Positions 25,095 to 38,480 of a DNA stretch of 64,000 nucleotides are shown one piece after another. Numbering within the stretch: position 1 is the stretch's first letter; each line of letters begins with the position of its first letter. The stretch lies in contig NC_043001.1 in the NCBI RefSeq assembly GCF_006345805.1, positions 112,840,001 through 112,904,000 of the forward strand, read 5' to 3'. The translations under genes were made by a program, and so were the position numbers. The DNA comes from Octopus sinensis (lineage: Eukaryota). The notes below the pieces were generated by a model, which was not told the DNA's origin, did not search any database, and saw only the letters and a list, made by a program, of their open reading frames with translations.

Positions 25095-26085
25095 CAGTGA
25101 TTTGGCAGAATTGTTGGACAAAATACCTTGTAGTATTACTTCTGGCTCTCTCTCTGTTCTCAGTTCAAATCCCTCCGAGGCTAGGTTTACTCTTTATCTC
25201 GTTTGGGTTTAACAAAATAAAGCACCTGTCAAATAACCAAGGCCCGTAGTGTTGTTTAATTTCTCATCGCTCAAAAAATTTCCTGTTTTGTACCTAAATA
25301 GAAACAACTGTTATCATTTGTAATGATTATGAATGCTTCAATGTTGAAAGTTTGTTGAATTTATAGCTGTCATCCCTCAAGGGATAACAGCATTATTGTT
25401 GTTATTGAATGTCCTTACGAAAGGTGTGAATGCCACCAGATCTCATGAATTTTCATGGCAATGTAAAAAAGTTATTATTGGGTCGACTTTGCCTTTTTCG
25501 TCCTTTTAGGGTCAATGAAATAAGTACCAATTGAGCACTGGAGTTGATTAAATCAACTTACCTCCTTCCCTGAAACTGCTGGCCTTGTGCCAGAATTTGA
25601 AACCATTACTGTTATTAAGGCAGTGAGCTGGCAGAATCATTAGCATAGCGGACAAAATGTTTAGTGGCATCTTGCCTGTCTTTACATTCTGAGTTCAAAT
25701 TCTGTTGAGGTCAACTTTGCCTTTCCATCCTTCAGGGTTGATGAAATAAGTGCCATTCACATATTGGAGTCAATACAATCGACTTGCCCTTCCTCCAAAA
25801 TCTCAGGCCCTTCCTCCAAAATCTCAGGCCTTGCGCTTTAGTAGAAAGGATTATTTTTAATATTAATGTGGCGAACTGGCAGAATTGTTAGTGTGCTGGA
25901 TGAAATGCTTAGTGGTATTTCACCCCTCGCTACATTCTGAGTTCAAATTCTGCCGAGGTCGATTTCACTTTTCATCCTTTTAGGGTTGATAAAATAAGTA
26001 CCAGTTGTACACTGGGGTCAATGTAATCGACTTAATCCCTTCTCCCAATTGCTACCCTTGTGGCAAAATTTGAAACCATTATTAT
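25095..26085 (+). mobile_element. Cluster of ~4 family B SINEs, the last three head-to-tail
   Basis: GGTC(G/A)A(C/T)TT...TCCTT...GG(T/G)T.GAT core at ~25185 (degenerate), 25480, 25710 and 25957. Confidence 0.8.
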
Positions 26086-27051
26086 TATTATTATTATAAG
26101 GCCAATGGATGGTGGAAATGTTTGAGCATTGTTTGTTACCTAAAATCCATTCAAATTCCTCTTGGGGTCCACCTGTAGTTTTCTTGTTTGGTGATTGGTA
26201 AACTAAGTACCAGTTACAGACCAGCTGAGGCATGTGTTTGATTACTGATGTAATCAAATGCACATCATTAGCTTTGTGTCTGTCTAGTTGTTAGGTAAGA
26301 TGACAGACATTAAAGGATGCTAAGTTATAAGTTAGTAAAACTAAAGTTGTTAATATATTTTGCTATTTAATGTATACTTTTGATTGAAATACATCTAGAA
26401 AATAAATTAGCCTTGTGACCCTGGCATATAACTATATGTGCTAAAAGTTTTCACTAGTTAGATCTTTGTTTAATAGTTTGGTGTTCTATTCATTTATAGA
26501 TTACCTGTCTGTTTTGTTTGTCTCTACTGGATGTAAAATATTGTGCATGCATGTGTGTGTGCATGGACACATGTCCACCAATAGAAATTGGTGATTATGT
26601 GTCTGTGACTAGTTTCTGTCCATTATATAGATAGCTGTTATATAGAAAAGTACCACCACTGCTTACTTTTTATTTAGAGATTATCTCAAAGTTGTTGTTT
26701 AGCCAAAGTTCTCTCATTATTGAGCAGACCTATGACAAAAGATATTTCAGCCGTGACCATTCCTATCTAGGCATGTTGCTCTGAAGACCGCATTTATCTA
26801 ATATGTACTTCTTTTCCTAAGATAGTAGGTTTTGGTTGGAGAGAAAGATTTTAGCTGCTATTTCTAGCAGTTCAATTGACTGTATAGAAGCATCATTATT
26901 GGCTTGCTTGTATGTAACCTCTCCAAAAAGTTTTTGTGTCTTGATACAACTTTTCATACGACCGATTTGCAGAGGTCAAAAATGTTAGGGGTTTTTCTTG
27001 CTGCTCCATCCCCACCCTAATTTTCTCCGTATTATTATGTCTCTTTTTTTT

Positions 27052-27458
27052 TACTCTTTTACTTGTTTCAGTCATTTGACTGCGGCCATGCTGGAGCACC
27101 GCCTTTCGTTGAGCAAATCGACCCCAGGACTTATTCTTTGTAAGCCTAGTACTTATTCTATCGGTCTCTTTTGCCGAACCGCTAAGTTACGGGGACGTAG
27201 ACACACCAGCATCGGTTGTCAAGCGATGTTGGGGGGGACAAACACAGACACAGAAACACACACACACACACACATATATATATATGCATATATACGACGG
27301 GCTTCTTTCAGTTTCCGTCTACCAAATCTACTCACAAGGCTTTGGTCAGCCCGAGGCTATAGCAGAAGACACTTGCCCAAGGTGCCACGCAGTGGGATTG
27401 AACCCGGAACCATGTGGTTGGTAAGCAAGCTACTTACCACACAGCCACTCCTGTGCCT
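27052..27458 (-). mobile_element. Family A SINE, full length
   Basis: Complete reverse complement of the family A consensus. Confidence 0.92.
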
Positions 27459-27638
27459 GTCTAGATATTTTTCATTATCACTGCAGTATCATTTGATTTG
27501 ACTATTATTTGCTAGGAGTCACTACCACCACCACTTTCATCATCATCATCATCATCATCATTCCTGTTCTAACTACTCTACCTCTGTGTTCAAATCTACT
27601 TGAAGACGTGTGTGAATGCACAAGGTATTCATTCATAG

Positions 27639-27871
27639 AGTCGAGCTGGCAGACTCGTTAGCACGCCAGGTGAAATGCGTAGCCGTATTTTGTCTGCCAT
27701 TACATTCTGAGTTCAAATTCCGCCGAGGTCAACTTTGCCTTTCATCCTTTCGGGGGTCGATAAATTAAGTACCAGTTACGCACTGGGGGTCGATATAATC
27801 GACTTAATACCTCTGTCTGTCCTTGTTTGTCCCCTCTATGTTTAGCCCCTTGTGGGTGGTAATAAAGAATT
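27639..27871 (+). mobile_element. Family B SINE with 16-bp TSD
   Basis: TSD AGGTATTCATTCATAG at 27623-27638 and 27872-27887; B box GAGTTCAAATTCC. Confidence 0.93.
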
Positions 27872-28270
27872 AGGTATTCATTCATAGGGTCCTTGTGTGG
27901 TGGAAATTTAATGACCCCCATTTTCTGTAAGATTATAAAAGTTATTGAATAGTTTTAAAAGTTCAAGTATGGAGACACCCCCCCCCCTTTGTATGTATTA
28001 TCTCTTTAAATGAAACTGAAAGAGTTAGAGAGAGGAGTGATGGTGGTGGTGGTAGGTGTTTCGCTTTATCCAGAGGACAGTCATCTTACCTTTTAAGCTA
28101 AACTTTTCTGTGAAACTTCTCAATAGTGTAAAAGATCAGAAAGTGAGAGGAAAGTTTTCTGGAAATGCATTTTCATTTTCACTATCAATAAGTTCTTTCC
28201 AACAAATTATATAGGTAAATGTAAAACACAACCCCCACCTCTATTCTCATATATATATGTATAGCACCTC

Positions 28271-28327
<57 letters not shown>

Positions 28328-28464
28328 CAGTGTAGGACTTCAATTTTACACAATCTTTTGTGGATGTTTTTTCTATATTTGTGTTTTATGTATACAATGT
28401 GTGTATATTGTATGTGTGAGTGTATGTATATATACATATATATCTGTAAATGTATGTATATGTG

Positions 28465-28515
<51 letters not shown>

Positions 28516-28604
28516 TTATTTATACACACACATATGTATGTATATATATATTTATACACACATGCATATGTATATATATATAATATATATTTATACACAC
28601 ATAA

Positions 28605-28646
<42 letters not shown>

Positions 28647-29769
28647 CTATTAAATAGGGAAATAGGGTCTGCAATTTAAGATAAGTGTTTTTTAGTTGGT
28701 AACAACAACAACAAGTAATGGATAACACACTTGTAAGTTTTCCTTAATAGTTCCAGAAAATTGATATTTATTGGATGGCTGATGTTATTCAATATGTTCC
28801 AAGTCTTGTGTGTGTGTGTATGTGTGTCTGTATTCTACACAATACTTATTCTATTTCTCTGTTTTTTTTGTTTTCCCTCTCTTACCCTATGTTCTAAGCA
28901 TAGCGGTATTTCTATTTCTTTACACACTTATACAACAAGCACACCTTCTCACACACACACACACACGTGTATGTACCTAAAGAAACCTTATGTATTAAAA
29001 GAAACTATATCTTATATATGCTTACACTTGGAAAAACACCTTGTGAAAGAATCTCTGATGACATTCTCATACGTGCGCACACACACATTTAGGCGCACAG
29101 TTTCACTTTTGCAACTTTCTGAGCGTTTTCATATATCTTCCTTTTTATTAATTTTTTTATTATTTATTCTCCTTTCAATATGCTTTACTCTGTCTGTCTC
29201 TCTCTCTCTTGTCTCTCTAACTCTTTCTCTTCATTTCTATATCTCTCTCATCTTTAACACTCTCCATTGCTCTTCAATTTTCCCTGTCTCTTCCCATCTT
29301 TAGCACTCACTTTTCCTCCTCATCTAATTTTTGATTTTATTTACTCCATGTGTATATTCCCGTATGTTTCCATCATTCGTGTGCATATTTCTGTCTTCCA
29401 TTTTCTCTCTTTTCCCCTACCCCTTTTCCGGTTAATTTGTCTGACTGTCTCTGTTGCACCCCACTCCCCACACGCGTGTGCGTGCACACACACACACACA
29501 CACACTCACACAAACTCTTTCTCTCATCCTCTCTTTCCTTTTCTTTTTAAACTGTATTCAAAGTTTTCTTTTATTTGAAATTACAAGATCAGATGTTTAA
29601 CATTTCTCTATTTTACTTTACCTTTTTCTTTTCCCATCTATTGTTCCCATCTCTAACATGACCCCAAATCTGCCAGAATCTGCCTTCATCAACACTGTTG
29701 CTACCAGCATCATAATAATCACCATAGCGATTCTCTTGGTTTTGTCATCAATGCCACTATATTGTATAG

Positions 29770-30015
29770 TTGTATGATTAAGAAGTTTGCATTGCTGCCA
29801 CATGGCTCCTGGTTCGATCCCATTTCATGGTCCTTTACCACATGTAGCCTCAAGTTGGTCAGTGTCTTGTAGATGGAATTTGGTTGACGGTGACTCTGCA
29901 AAGCCAGTTGTGTGTGTATATGTATCTATGTCCATGTCTTGTTTAAAGTTGTGTCCCTGTATACCCTGTAACATAGCAGATTGACAAATAGGGATTGATA
30001 AAATAAGTGCCTGAC
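29770..30015 (+). mobile_element. Family A SINE, old and degenerate
   Basis: CCACATGGCTCCTGGTTCGATCCCA...GGAATTTGGTTGACGG...AAATAAGT. Confidence 0.6.
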
Positions 30016-32522
30016 TACAATCCCTGGAGGGATATGTCTTAGCAAGGGGTTTAGTGTATTATTGTCAAATTTTCCTTCTTATTAATGAACAAATAACCTT
30101 ATAGCTTCATGAACAAGTAAGGATTGATGGTAATTATGATGACAATGTTGCCAACAGTTGCTGTTAGAAAGGAAGAATGCCAAAATCATTTGCGTTGGAA
30201 AAAATGCCGTGTAGTATTTAATCCAGATATTTATGGTCAAAGTTTGATTCTTACTGAGGTCAGCTTTACCTTTTCATCCCTCTGGGTTTCTAAAGTTCCT
30301 GTCAAAGACAAGGTCTGTCGCAACCTCTCCTCTCAAAATTGCTGGCCTTGTGCTTATTTTAGAAACCATTATTATTGCTGCTATTATATCAAATATAATT
30401 TGAATTGTTTTGCTTGAGCTTCATATAGAGAACATCTACAATTCAAACAGGAAAGAAAGAAAAAAAAGGGGATTTGAAGGGGGGGAAAAAAAAACGTAGC
30501 CAAATGGAAATCCTTTCAAAAAACACTCAATGAAACTGTTGTAATATTGTGACCCATTACCAATACTCATATTGATTATTGCCAGAAACCATTTACAAAA
30601 CAAATATCATCAGAGATGAAACTTAGGTTTGCTGTTAGGCTGAGAATTATTGGGAATTATTTTCCATATAACAATGTTTACCCTTAATTTCTGCCCCTTT
30701 TTCACTCAGTTTACATTTTGAACAACCAACAGGTGTGTGCGTGTGTGTATGTGTGTGTGTGATTATATGTAGCTGTGAGACAGTTTTAGACTTCTCATCA
30801 TGCCACTCCCTGCTGAATAAATGACTAAATGAAACTGAGCTGGTCAGCTGTTCTGCGACTGTCTACGCTGCTTGGCATTGTGATGTCATAATTTCTTCTT
30901 TTTTCTCTTTTAAATCAAACTACATTTGTTAGTCTTCTGTGATTCCACCCTCTCCCTGAACATAGTCACACCACTCACTACTGCAGTGTATGCAAGTTAA
31001 TGCTGAGATTTCTTATCTTAACATTCTGAGAGACTTGTTTCTCTGATTAACAATTAGCTAACATTTAATATTTACGCTACCACCTGTCTACAGGTGTGCA
31101 TGCGTGTGTGTGTGTGTGTGTGTGTGTACATGATCACAGAGGTAATGACATTAATGGTTGATATAAGCAGTCTTGTGAGTTGAAGAGAGCCAAGAAGAGA
31201 AAGAGTTAGGGGTCATAGAAAGAAGTAACGCAAATGATGAAAAAAGTAGTTTAGCCATTGCCCCGAATACCAAGGGTCCAGAAACGGAAAATATGAACAG
31301 TTGGTACAATCCGAAGAATATCACATAGCAGACCACCACCACCAGCCTCATGCTGTGCTATAAAAAAAATAGAAGAAATTGTAAATGCTAATGACAACTG
31401 GAATTATGACCTACCACATTATTATTTTCAAGTGAACATTTCTTATCACAACTTTTGAATAATTGAGTTCCTCTTTTATGCATTCATATTGTAAATAATT
31501 ACAGAATTGCGAATAGTTTCCAGAAAGCTGATAACTTGGGTGTTCCTTTTGTATCTTCTGCTGTTTGTGTGTGCAGGTGTATGTATGTAATGTATGTATT
31601 GTCATACTGACCTATCAGCAACAATGGAATTGAAACAGGAATTTGAACAAGTCATGTTGCAATTTCGAACAATCCAATTCCGACTCTCTCTTGTTTGAGT
31701 TGTTGGTTATTATCTTCCGTTCTTTCTTTTTATTAACTTTTTATTTTTTTTTTAAAAATATTTTAAAACAAAATTTGACTTCTATTGCAACAATTGTGGC
31801 ATCTTAGACCATCAGCTTGAAAGTTGGTTCTATTTATAATCTAAATCTAGCATGGTAATTCCTACGGTTGAATGGGTGTACCAGTCAACGATGGGTCCAA
31901 CCCCACGCATTCCTGGCTGATTATTAATAAAAAAAAAAAAAAAAGGAAAAGGAAAAAAGAAACAATCCTTGAATCTTGTCTATGTGATGCTGTCAGATCA
32001 GAACTTATTAAGTTGTTGTTGGTGTCTTGGCAATTTTGGCACAAAGCTTGTAAGTATTATACTATTTTCTGTTATATATGTTTTAGTAGCTTCATTGTTA
32101 TTATTATTTAGTACTATGTCGGCTCTGACTACACAGAGCCGCGACCATCCCATTCTTCTTTTTCAACATTGTATATTTAGGTACATATTATCCAATGTGT
32201 TCTTCTATTTTTCAATGTATGCCATAACACGAGGCAGACTTTGTGCTATTTCTGGCATGTTGAACATTCACAAAGAAGCGTTTTTCATTGGTTTCGACTC
32301 CATGCAACGTATACCTGTGTACCACATTTGTCTGAGTTTGTCTCTTTTGGTCCTGATGGATCTTAACGTGGGCTCGTTGACTTAATCTTAGAATATATTA
32401 GCATTTGTTAGTCGTGTGCATTGTTTGATCTTCTGTGTGTCTTTTGTGTATCTCAGACTGAGAAAGAGCACGGGCTGAATGACTGCTAAAGTGTTGGTAG
32501 TTATCGAAGCGCTATACATAAC

Positions 32523-32756
32523 AGCGGTGAGCTGGCAGAAACGTTAGCACGCTAGATGAAATGCGTAGCTGTATTTCGCCTGCCGTTACATTCTGGGTTC
32601 AAATTCCGCTGAGGTCGACTTTGCCTTTCATCCTTTTGAGGTCGATAAATAAATTAAGTACCAGTTACGCACTGGGGTCGATGTAATCGTCTTAATTCAT
32701 TTGCCTGTACCCTTTATGTTTAGCCCCCTTGTGGGTAATAAAGAAACATATACACA
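32523..32756 (+). mobile_element. Family B SINE with 10-bp TSD
   Basis: TSD TATACATAAC at 32513-32522 and 32757-32766. Confidence 0.9.
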
Positions 32757-33674
32757 TATACATAACTAGTGCTTTTCTGTGTGTAACGAGTGAAATAGAA
32801 CATGTAGCAAACTCCATAGTATTGGTTTTAGTTTTGCTCATGTTGTCCACCACACCGAAGTATCGCTACTTCATGCCCTGATTACATCTTTTACCTGAGC
32901 GGGGGGAAGAAAGCATAAACAGTTGCATGTGCTTACGTGGCTGGTTGCGATGGCAGTCTGTATAATAAAGCCATCTTTTGTGTTTGTCTCACATATGCAG
33001 AAAGAGCGGGAGAGAAAGGGAGAGAAAGGGGCTAGAAGAATCATAACTGCAGCAGTACCAGTGACATGCTGAAATCAGTGCGATGATGCATAGCAACTCT
33101 TCCTACGTATTCTTCTTAAACTTACGAAAGTATGGGCTGTTATTATTGCAAGTGTGTGTGCGATATTAGAGGTGTTGTGTATGCATAGCTCTGTTTTGTG
33201 ATCTCATTTGCTGAGAGAGCGTGAGAGAGAAGAATGATGGAGTAGCACATACAGGCAAATCTGTGTATGTCACTTATTGCTGTGTATAGTTAGTCGTCGT
33301 GGTAACGGTGTGAGTAGTAGTAGCAGTAGTGTTTAGTTGCAAAGTTGGTGGTGCACAGCTTCCCCCCTATGGGTAATTATCATCACACGTGAAATACAGA
33401 GAAATGTATGTCATAATCATTTTTATAACTCTGTCCATTGTTGATTGGATACTTAAGGAATACTGTAATTAAAGCATTGAAATATTCTAAGAAATATAAG
33501 GCCATGTATGGTCTAATACATTAGCTAACTATGTATGTGTAGTAATATAAATGTGTGTGTGTGTGTGTGTGTGTGTGTGGTGTGGTGCATGTGTTTACAT
33601 GTATATGTATGCACAGATACATGTGTGTGTGTGTATATATGTAAGTATGTATGTTTACTTGTGTGTATATATAT

Positions 33675-33841
33675 TAGTGCTCTGCATCCTTTTTTTACTG
33701 GCAGTACACTTATATTGTTTACAAAATTTGGCGGCACACTTGAAGTAAAAAATATAAATAGATGTATAGGGGAAAAGAAATTATATTCAGGTTACACCGT
33801 GGAACACCAGTGTGCCATGGCATACTGGTTGCGGAGTACTG
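33675..33841. mobile_element. Degenerate hAT-type MITE
   Basis: Imperfect TIRs TAGTGCTCTGCATCC / GGTTGCGGAGTACTG (11/15); internal GCGGCACAC and CCAGTGTGCC.TGGCATACTGG motifs; TSD eroded. Confidence 0.55.
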
Positions 33842-33887
33842 TTACATATATATGTGTGTGTGTGTGATTAAACATTTTTCTGTTTAT

Positions 33888-33927
<40 letters not shown>

Positions 33928-34001
33928 TATATATATATATATCATCATCATCATTTAGTGTCCGTTTTCCATGCTAGCATGGGTTGGACGGTGCATCATG
34001 C

Positions 34002-34042
<41 letters not shown>

Positions 34043-34044
<2 letters not shown>

Positions 34045-34352
34045 GAGGCGCAATGGCCCAGTGGTTAGGGCAGCGGACTTGCGGTCGTAGGATCGCGGTT
34101 TCGATACCCAGACCGGGCGTTGTGAGTGTTTATTGAGCGGAAACACCTAAAGCTCCACGAGCTCCGGCAGAGGGTGGTGGTGATCCCTGCTGTACTCTTT
34201 CGCCACAACTTTCTGTCACTCTTTCTTCTGTTGGCCTGCTTGCTTAGCCAGCGGGGTGGCGTTATTTGAAGGCTAAAACAATGCGAAGCGCATTGTGACC
34301 AGCGATGTGTAGCAACATCTGATAGCCTGGTCGGTCACGGTGATCACGGTGA
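34043..34352 (+). mobile_element. SINE family C, tail type 2
   Basis: Same tRNA head and body as 4174 and 45154 up to ~34220, then a different 3' tail ending (GATCACGGT)n. Confidence 0.9.
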
Positions 34353-34493
34353 TATATATATGTATACACACACACACATACACATAATGCATGTATGTAT
34401 GTGTGTATATATATATATATATCTATATATATGCATGTATATAGTGTGTGTATATATATATATTTTTTATCAAATTTTTTTTTCAGAATGAAG

Positions 34494-34541
34494 GTCTTAC
34501 AGCTGTTTCCGGGATATTTTATATATCCCTTCATCAGAGAC
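34494..34541 (-). ncRNA. Type-I minimal hammerhead ribozyme (left arm)
   Basis: Mirror image of the plus-strand motif at 34635-34682. Confidence 0.75.
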
Positions 34542-34634
34542 AGTGTGAGAAAATGGTTAAGCAATAGTTAATTTAGACACTCTGTATTTCATATCATAAC
34601 CAAATTAACTATTGCTTAACCATTTTCTCACACT

Positions 34635-34682
34635 GTCTCTGATGAAGGGATATATAAAATATCCCGGAAACAGCTGTAAGAC
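34635..34682 (+). ncRNA. Type-I minimal hammerhead ribozyme (right arm)
   Basis: GTCT-CTGATGA-A-GGGATAT(ATAAA)ATATCCC-G-GAAA-CAGCTG-TA-AGAC: stem I GTCT/AGAC, 7-bp stem II, palindromic stem III ACAGCTGT, GUA cleavage triplet (cut after 34678). Confidence 0.78.
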
Positions 34683-34921
34683 CTCTTTATAAATGTTCTG
34701 TAATCTTTCAGTCTTCGATTTTTATCTCATTCGGTTAATATTTTTATATATATGCATATATATACACATTTATATATGTATGCGTATATACATATACACA
34801 CATATACATATATATATGCATATATATTATGTAGAGGCTATCTATCTGTCTATATTTATATATATATATATATATATAGCTGTGTCTATATCTATATGCA
34901 TATATATGCTGTCTATATAAA

Positions 34922-34975
<54 letters not shown>

Positions 34976-34984
34976 TATAATATG

Positions 34985-35190
34985 TGTGTGTGTGTGTATT
35001 TGTGTTTTTCCCTCACCATCGTTTGACAACCAATGTTCATGTGTCTATGTCCCCGTAACTTAGCAGCTCGCAAAAGACTGATTGTATAAGTAACTAGGCT
35101 TACAAAGAATAAGTCCTGGTGTTGATTTGTTTGACTAAAGGTTGTGCTTCAGCATGGCCACAGTGAAATGACTGAAACAAGTAAAAGAAT
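34985..35190 (+). mobile_element. Family A SINE 3' half
   Basis: GTTTGACAACCAATG...CAGCATGGCCACAGTGAAATGACTGAAACAAGTAAAAGA. Confidence 0.85.
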
Positions 35191-35352
35191 AAACTTATAT
35201 GTATATATAAATATATCTATATATATGCATATATATATATATATATATATGCATATATATATATGCATATATATATATATTCATAGACATATAACTGGCA
35301 AAATGACCATTCTGAAATATAACAATATATATATAGATATATATATATATAT

Positions 35353-35527
35353 TGCACCCACTACACTCACGGAGTGGTTGGCGTTAGGAAGGGCATCCAG
35401 CTGTAGAAACATTGCCAGATTAGACTGGAGCCTGGTGCAGCCTTCTGGCTTCCAGAACCCTGGTCGAACCGTCCAACCCATGCTAGCATGGAGAACGGAC
35501 GTTAAACGATGATGATGATGATGGTGA
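35353..35527 (+). mobile_element. Family D SINE 3' part
   Basis: GGTTGGCGTTAGGAAGGGCATCCAGCTGTAGAAAC...GGACGTTAAACGATGATG. Confidence 0.9.
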
Positions 35528-35580
35528 TATATATATATATATGCATATATATATTATATATGCATATATATATATAATGC

Positions 35581-35611
<31 letters not shown>

Positions 35612-36224
35612 CATATAATATATTATATATATATATATAATATATATATATATTTGTAGGAGCACTTCTGTTTGTAGATATATGTGTGTATAGGCCTATA
35701 TATGTGTACATTATATATGCATGTCTTTATATACATACATGCATGCATATATATATTTTAAATATGAACTTATAAGCATGTGTATGTGTTGTGTATATAT
35801 GTATAGGTATGCTTACATATATATATATGTGTGTGTGTGTATATGCATTACATATAGACTTTTTCACTTTCCAAGCATATTTGTGTGTTTGCGTGTGTGA
35901 GTGTACACACACACACTCACACACACAAACACCTAAGTATACATACATTACATATATATGTGTATACTTAGGTGTTTGTATGTGTAATATGTGCTTGTGT
36001 GTGTGAGTGTACACACACACACACATATATTACATATACAAACATCTAAGTATATATATATATGTTATGTATGTCAGTATGTATAAAATTTTATCATGTT
36101 ACTTGGGAACAGGTGATGGCTTGCATCAGTGCAGGTATCCAGGTGTAGATAACCTTGCCCTACTGGAATCTTGTCTCACCAATGTCACCCTTGATAAGTT
36201 GATGTTAAAATGATATTGATGGTA

Positions 36225-36284
<60 letters not shown>

Positions 36285-36714
36285 CAATATTTACTCATCC
36301 TCCGCTCATGTTTCATTGAAATTAAAGTGAGAAATGCGTCTTGTACTCCAGTTATAATGGTTTTTAATAGTTTCTCTAGATTATACCAAAATATATGTTA
36401 TCTGTTTTGCTCTTGGCTGCCCCCAGCTACTCTAAGCATGATGGTCTCGTCAGTTGTACTGATTATAAGAATGCATGATAATAATAATAATAATAATGAT
36501 AATAATAATAGAAATATTAAAATTACTAAGAAATATTAAAATTACTAAGTCTCTTTAAAAGAGATTATGGCAGCGTTACTGGATATTAATAGTTATCGCC
36601 ATACTAATATGGCAGTTTATAGTCTTATATCTATAGACTGCCATATTAGAATGGCGATAACTATTGATAATAATAATAATAATATAATAATAATAATAAT
36701 AATAATGATGATGA

Positions 36715-36930
36715 TTTCTAATTTTGGCACCAGACCAGCAGTTTTGAGGTTGGGGCTAAGTTGATTGCATCAACCTCAGTGTTCAACTGGCACCTATTTT
36801 ATCGACCCTGAAAGGATTCGAAAGGTGAAGTTGACATTGGTGGAGTTTGAACTCAGAACATGCAGATGGATGAAATCCCGCTAGGCGGTTTTGCCTGACG
36901 TGGTAATGCTTCTGCCAGCTCACCACCTTG
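36715..36930 (-). mobile_element. Family B SINE, degenerate
   Basis: ATCGACCCTGAAAGGATT...GTTTGAACTCAGAAC...TCTGCCAGCTCACCACC. Confidence 0.8.
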
Positions 36931-38042
36931 ATAATAACAATCTTTTTAAAATATCTTAAATAAAAGTATCACTACAGTTTTGCACATGATAGTTCTTGCA
37001 GTAATTTTTCATTTTCCCCATGCCAACATAGTTGATATCTCTTTACATCTTCCATTTAATAACATTTTTCCATGACCCTCTTAAACTGGATTCCTTTAAA
37101 TTTCAGGATATTTTAGCAGAAAATATTTTGTATATCATTTAGAAGGACAATCTATTTGAAGTTTTAGCAAACTTTTCAATGTTTCTATTAATTAATCTTA
37201 GAAATCTAAACCATCTTATACATACAGAATGTATTTCAACAGTCATTTGATATCAGTTTAACCTATTGGTCTCTCATCAATATCGCAGATTCTTTAGTCA
37301 CAATTAATGAAATGAATATGATTACTATTTCTTTAAAGATAGAAGAAACCTCTCTTGCTCTATGTATCTATGAATAAATGAATTTAGTTCCTTCTCAGAT
37401 ATCCTGTTCTCCATTTTTCATTAACACACCTACAAATGAAGTGACGTCATTTTTCACTCCAATCCATCACATTCAAATGTGTGTGTGTGTGTGTCCGTGT
37501 GTCCGTGCATGAATTTGGAATATGTACACACATACATACACACTAAATTATGAATTTTTCTGATCCTTTGATCTGATTTCTATAAAAATTGTTATGTATA
37601 TAGACACGTGTATTTGTGTGTATGTATTTGTGTGTGTGTATGTGTGTATGTGTGTGTGTGTGTGTGTGTAGCATCGCATCGGTACCGGCATCTCTCACAT
37701 TTCATCATTCTCACCATTTCCTGTCTGAGAGCCAAGAGATGCTCTGTGAGGGATAACGATGACAGATTATGTATGATAAATAAATGAATATATAAAAACA
37801 AAAATATACAAACCAACAAGTAAATCTCAAGGCTGGTAAGTACTCTGGTAGGTGTGGTACTGTTGTAACAATATCGGTCTTCTGTTACAGAGGACTGAGA
37901 AAATTGTCTTTGTATTTATTTTGAATTATCATCTTCAGCCTTATTAAGTTTCATTGTAATAAAAATGTTCAAATGTTACCTTCTGCTTTTATAATAAGGT
38001 ATATTTATATTTAAAGGTATTTTGATTGCCTCTCTGTGTGTA

Positions 38043-38480
38043 TATCATCATCATCATCATCATTATCATCGTTTAGCGTCCGCTTTCCATGCTGGCATGG
38101 GTTGGACGGTTCCTCTGGGGTCTGGGAAGCCAGAAGGCTGCACCAGGCCCAGTCTGATCTGGCAATGTTACTACGGCTGAATGCCCTTCCTAACGCCAAC
38201 CACTCCATGAGTGTAGTGGGTGCTTTTTACGTGCCACTGGCACAGGTGCCAGACGAGGCTGGCAAACGGCCACGATTGGATGGTGCTTTTTATGTGCCAC
38301 CGGCACGGAGGCCAGGCGAGCTGGCAACAGCCACAATCGGATGGTGCTTTTTACGTGCTACCGGCATGGAGGCCAGTCGGGGCGGCGCTGACAACGGCCA
38401 CATTCGGATGGTTCTCTTATGTGCCACCGGCACTGGTATCACAGCTACAATTTCCATTGATGTTGATCGATTTTGATTTT
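38043..38480 (-). mobile_element. Family D SINE with 4 VNTR units
   Basis: (CAT)n tail, conserved body and repeated GGTGCTTTTTA(C/T)GTGC units. Confidence 0.9.

Larger units (their letters stand above)
34492..34684. repeat. Perfect inverted repeat, 83-bp arms and 27-bp spacer (Penelope-like inverted LTR remnant)
   Basis: 34492-34574 is the exact reverse complement of 34602-34684. Confidence 0.95.

Noticed and set aside
30776-30865. miR-1994-like (TGAGACAG) and miR-1989-like (TCAGCTGT) seed matches
   Set aside because: Seed-only matches without a pre-miRNA-length hairpin.
31178-31328. Open frame VEESQEEKELGVIERS... resembling the LINE RT EKDLGV motif
   Set aside because: Single short motif with no flanking RT motifs in order.
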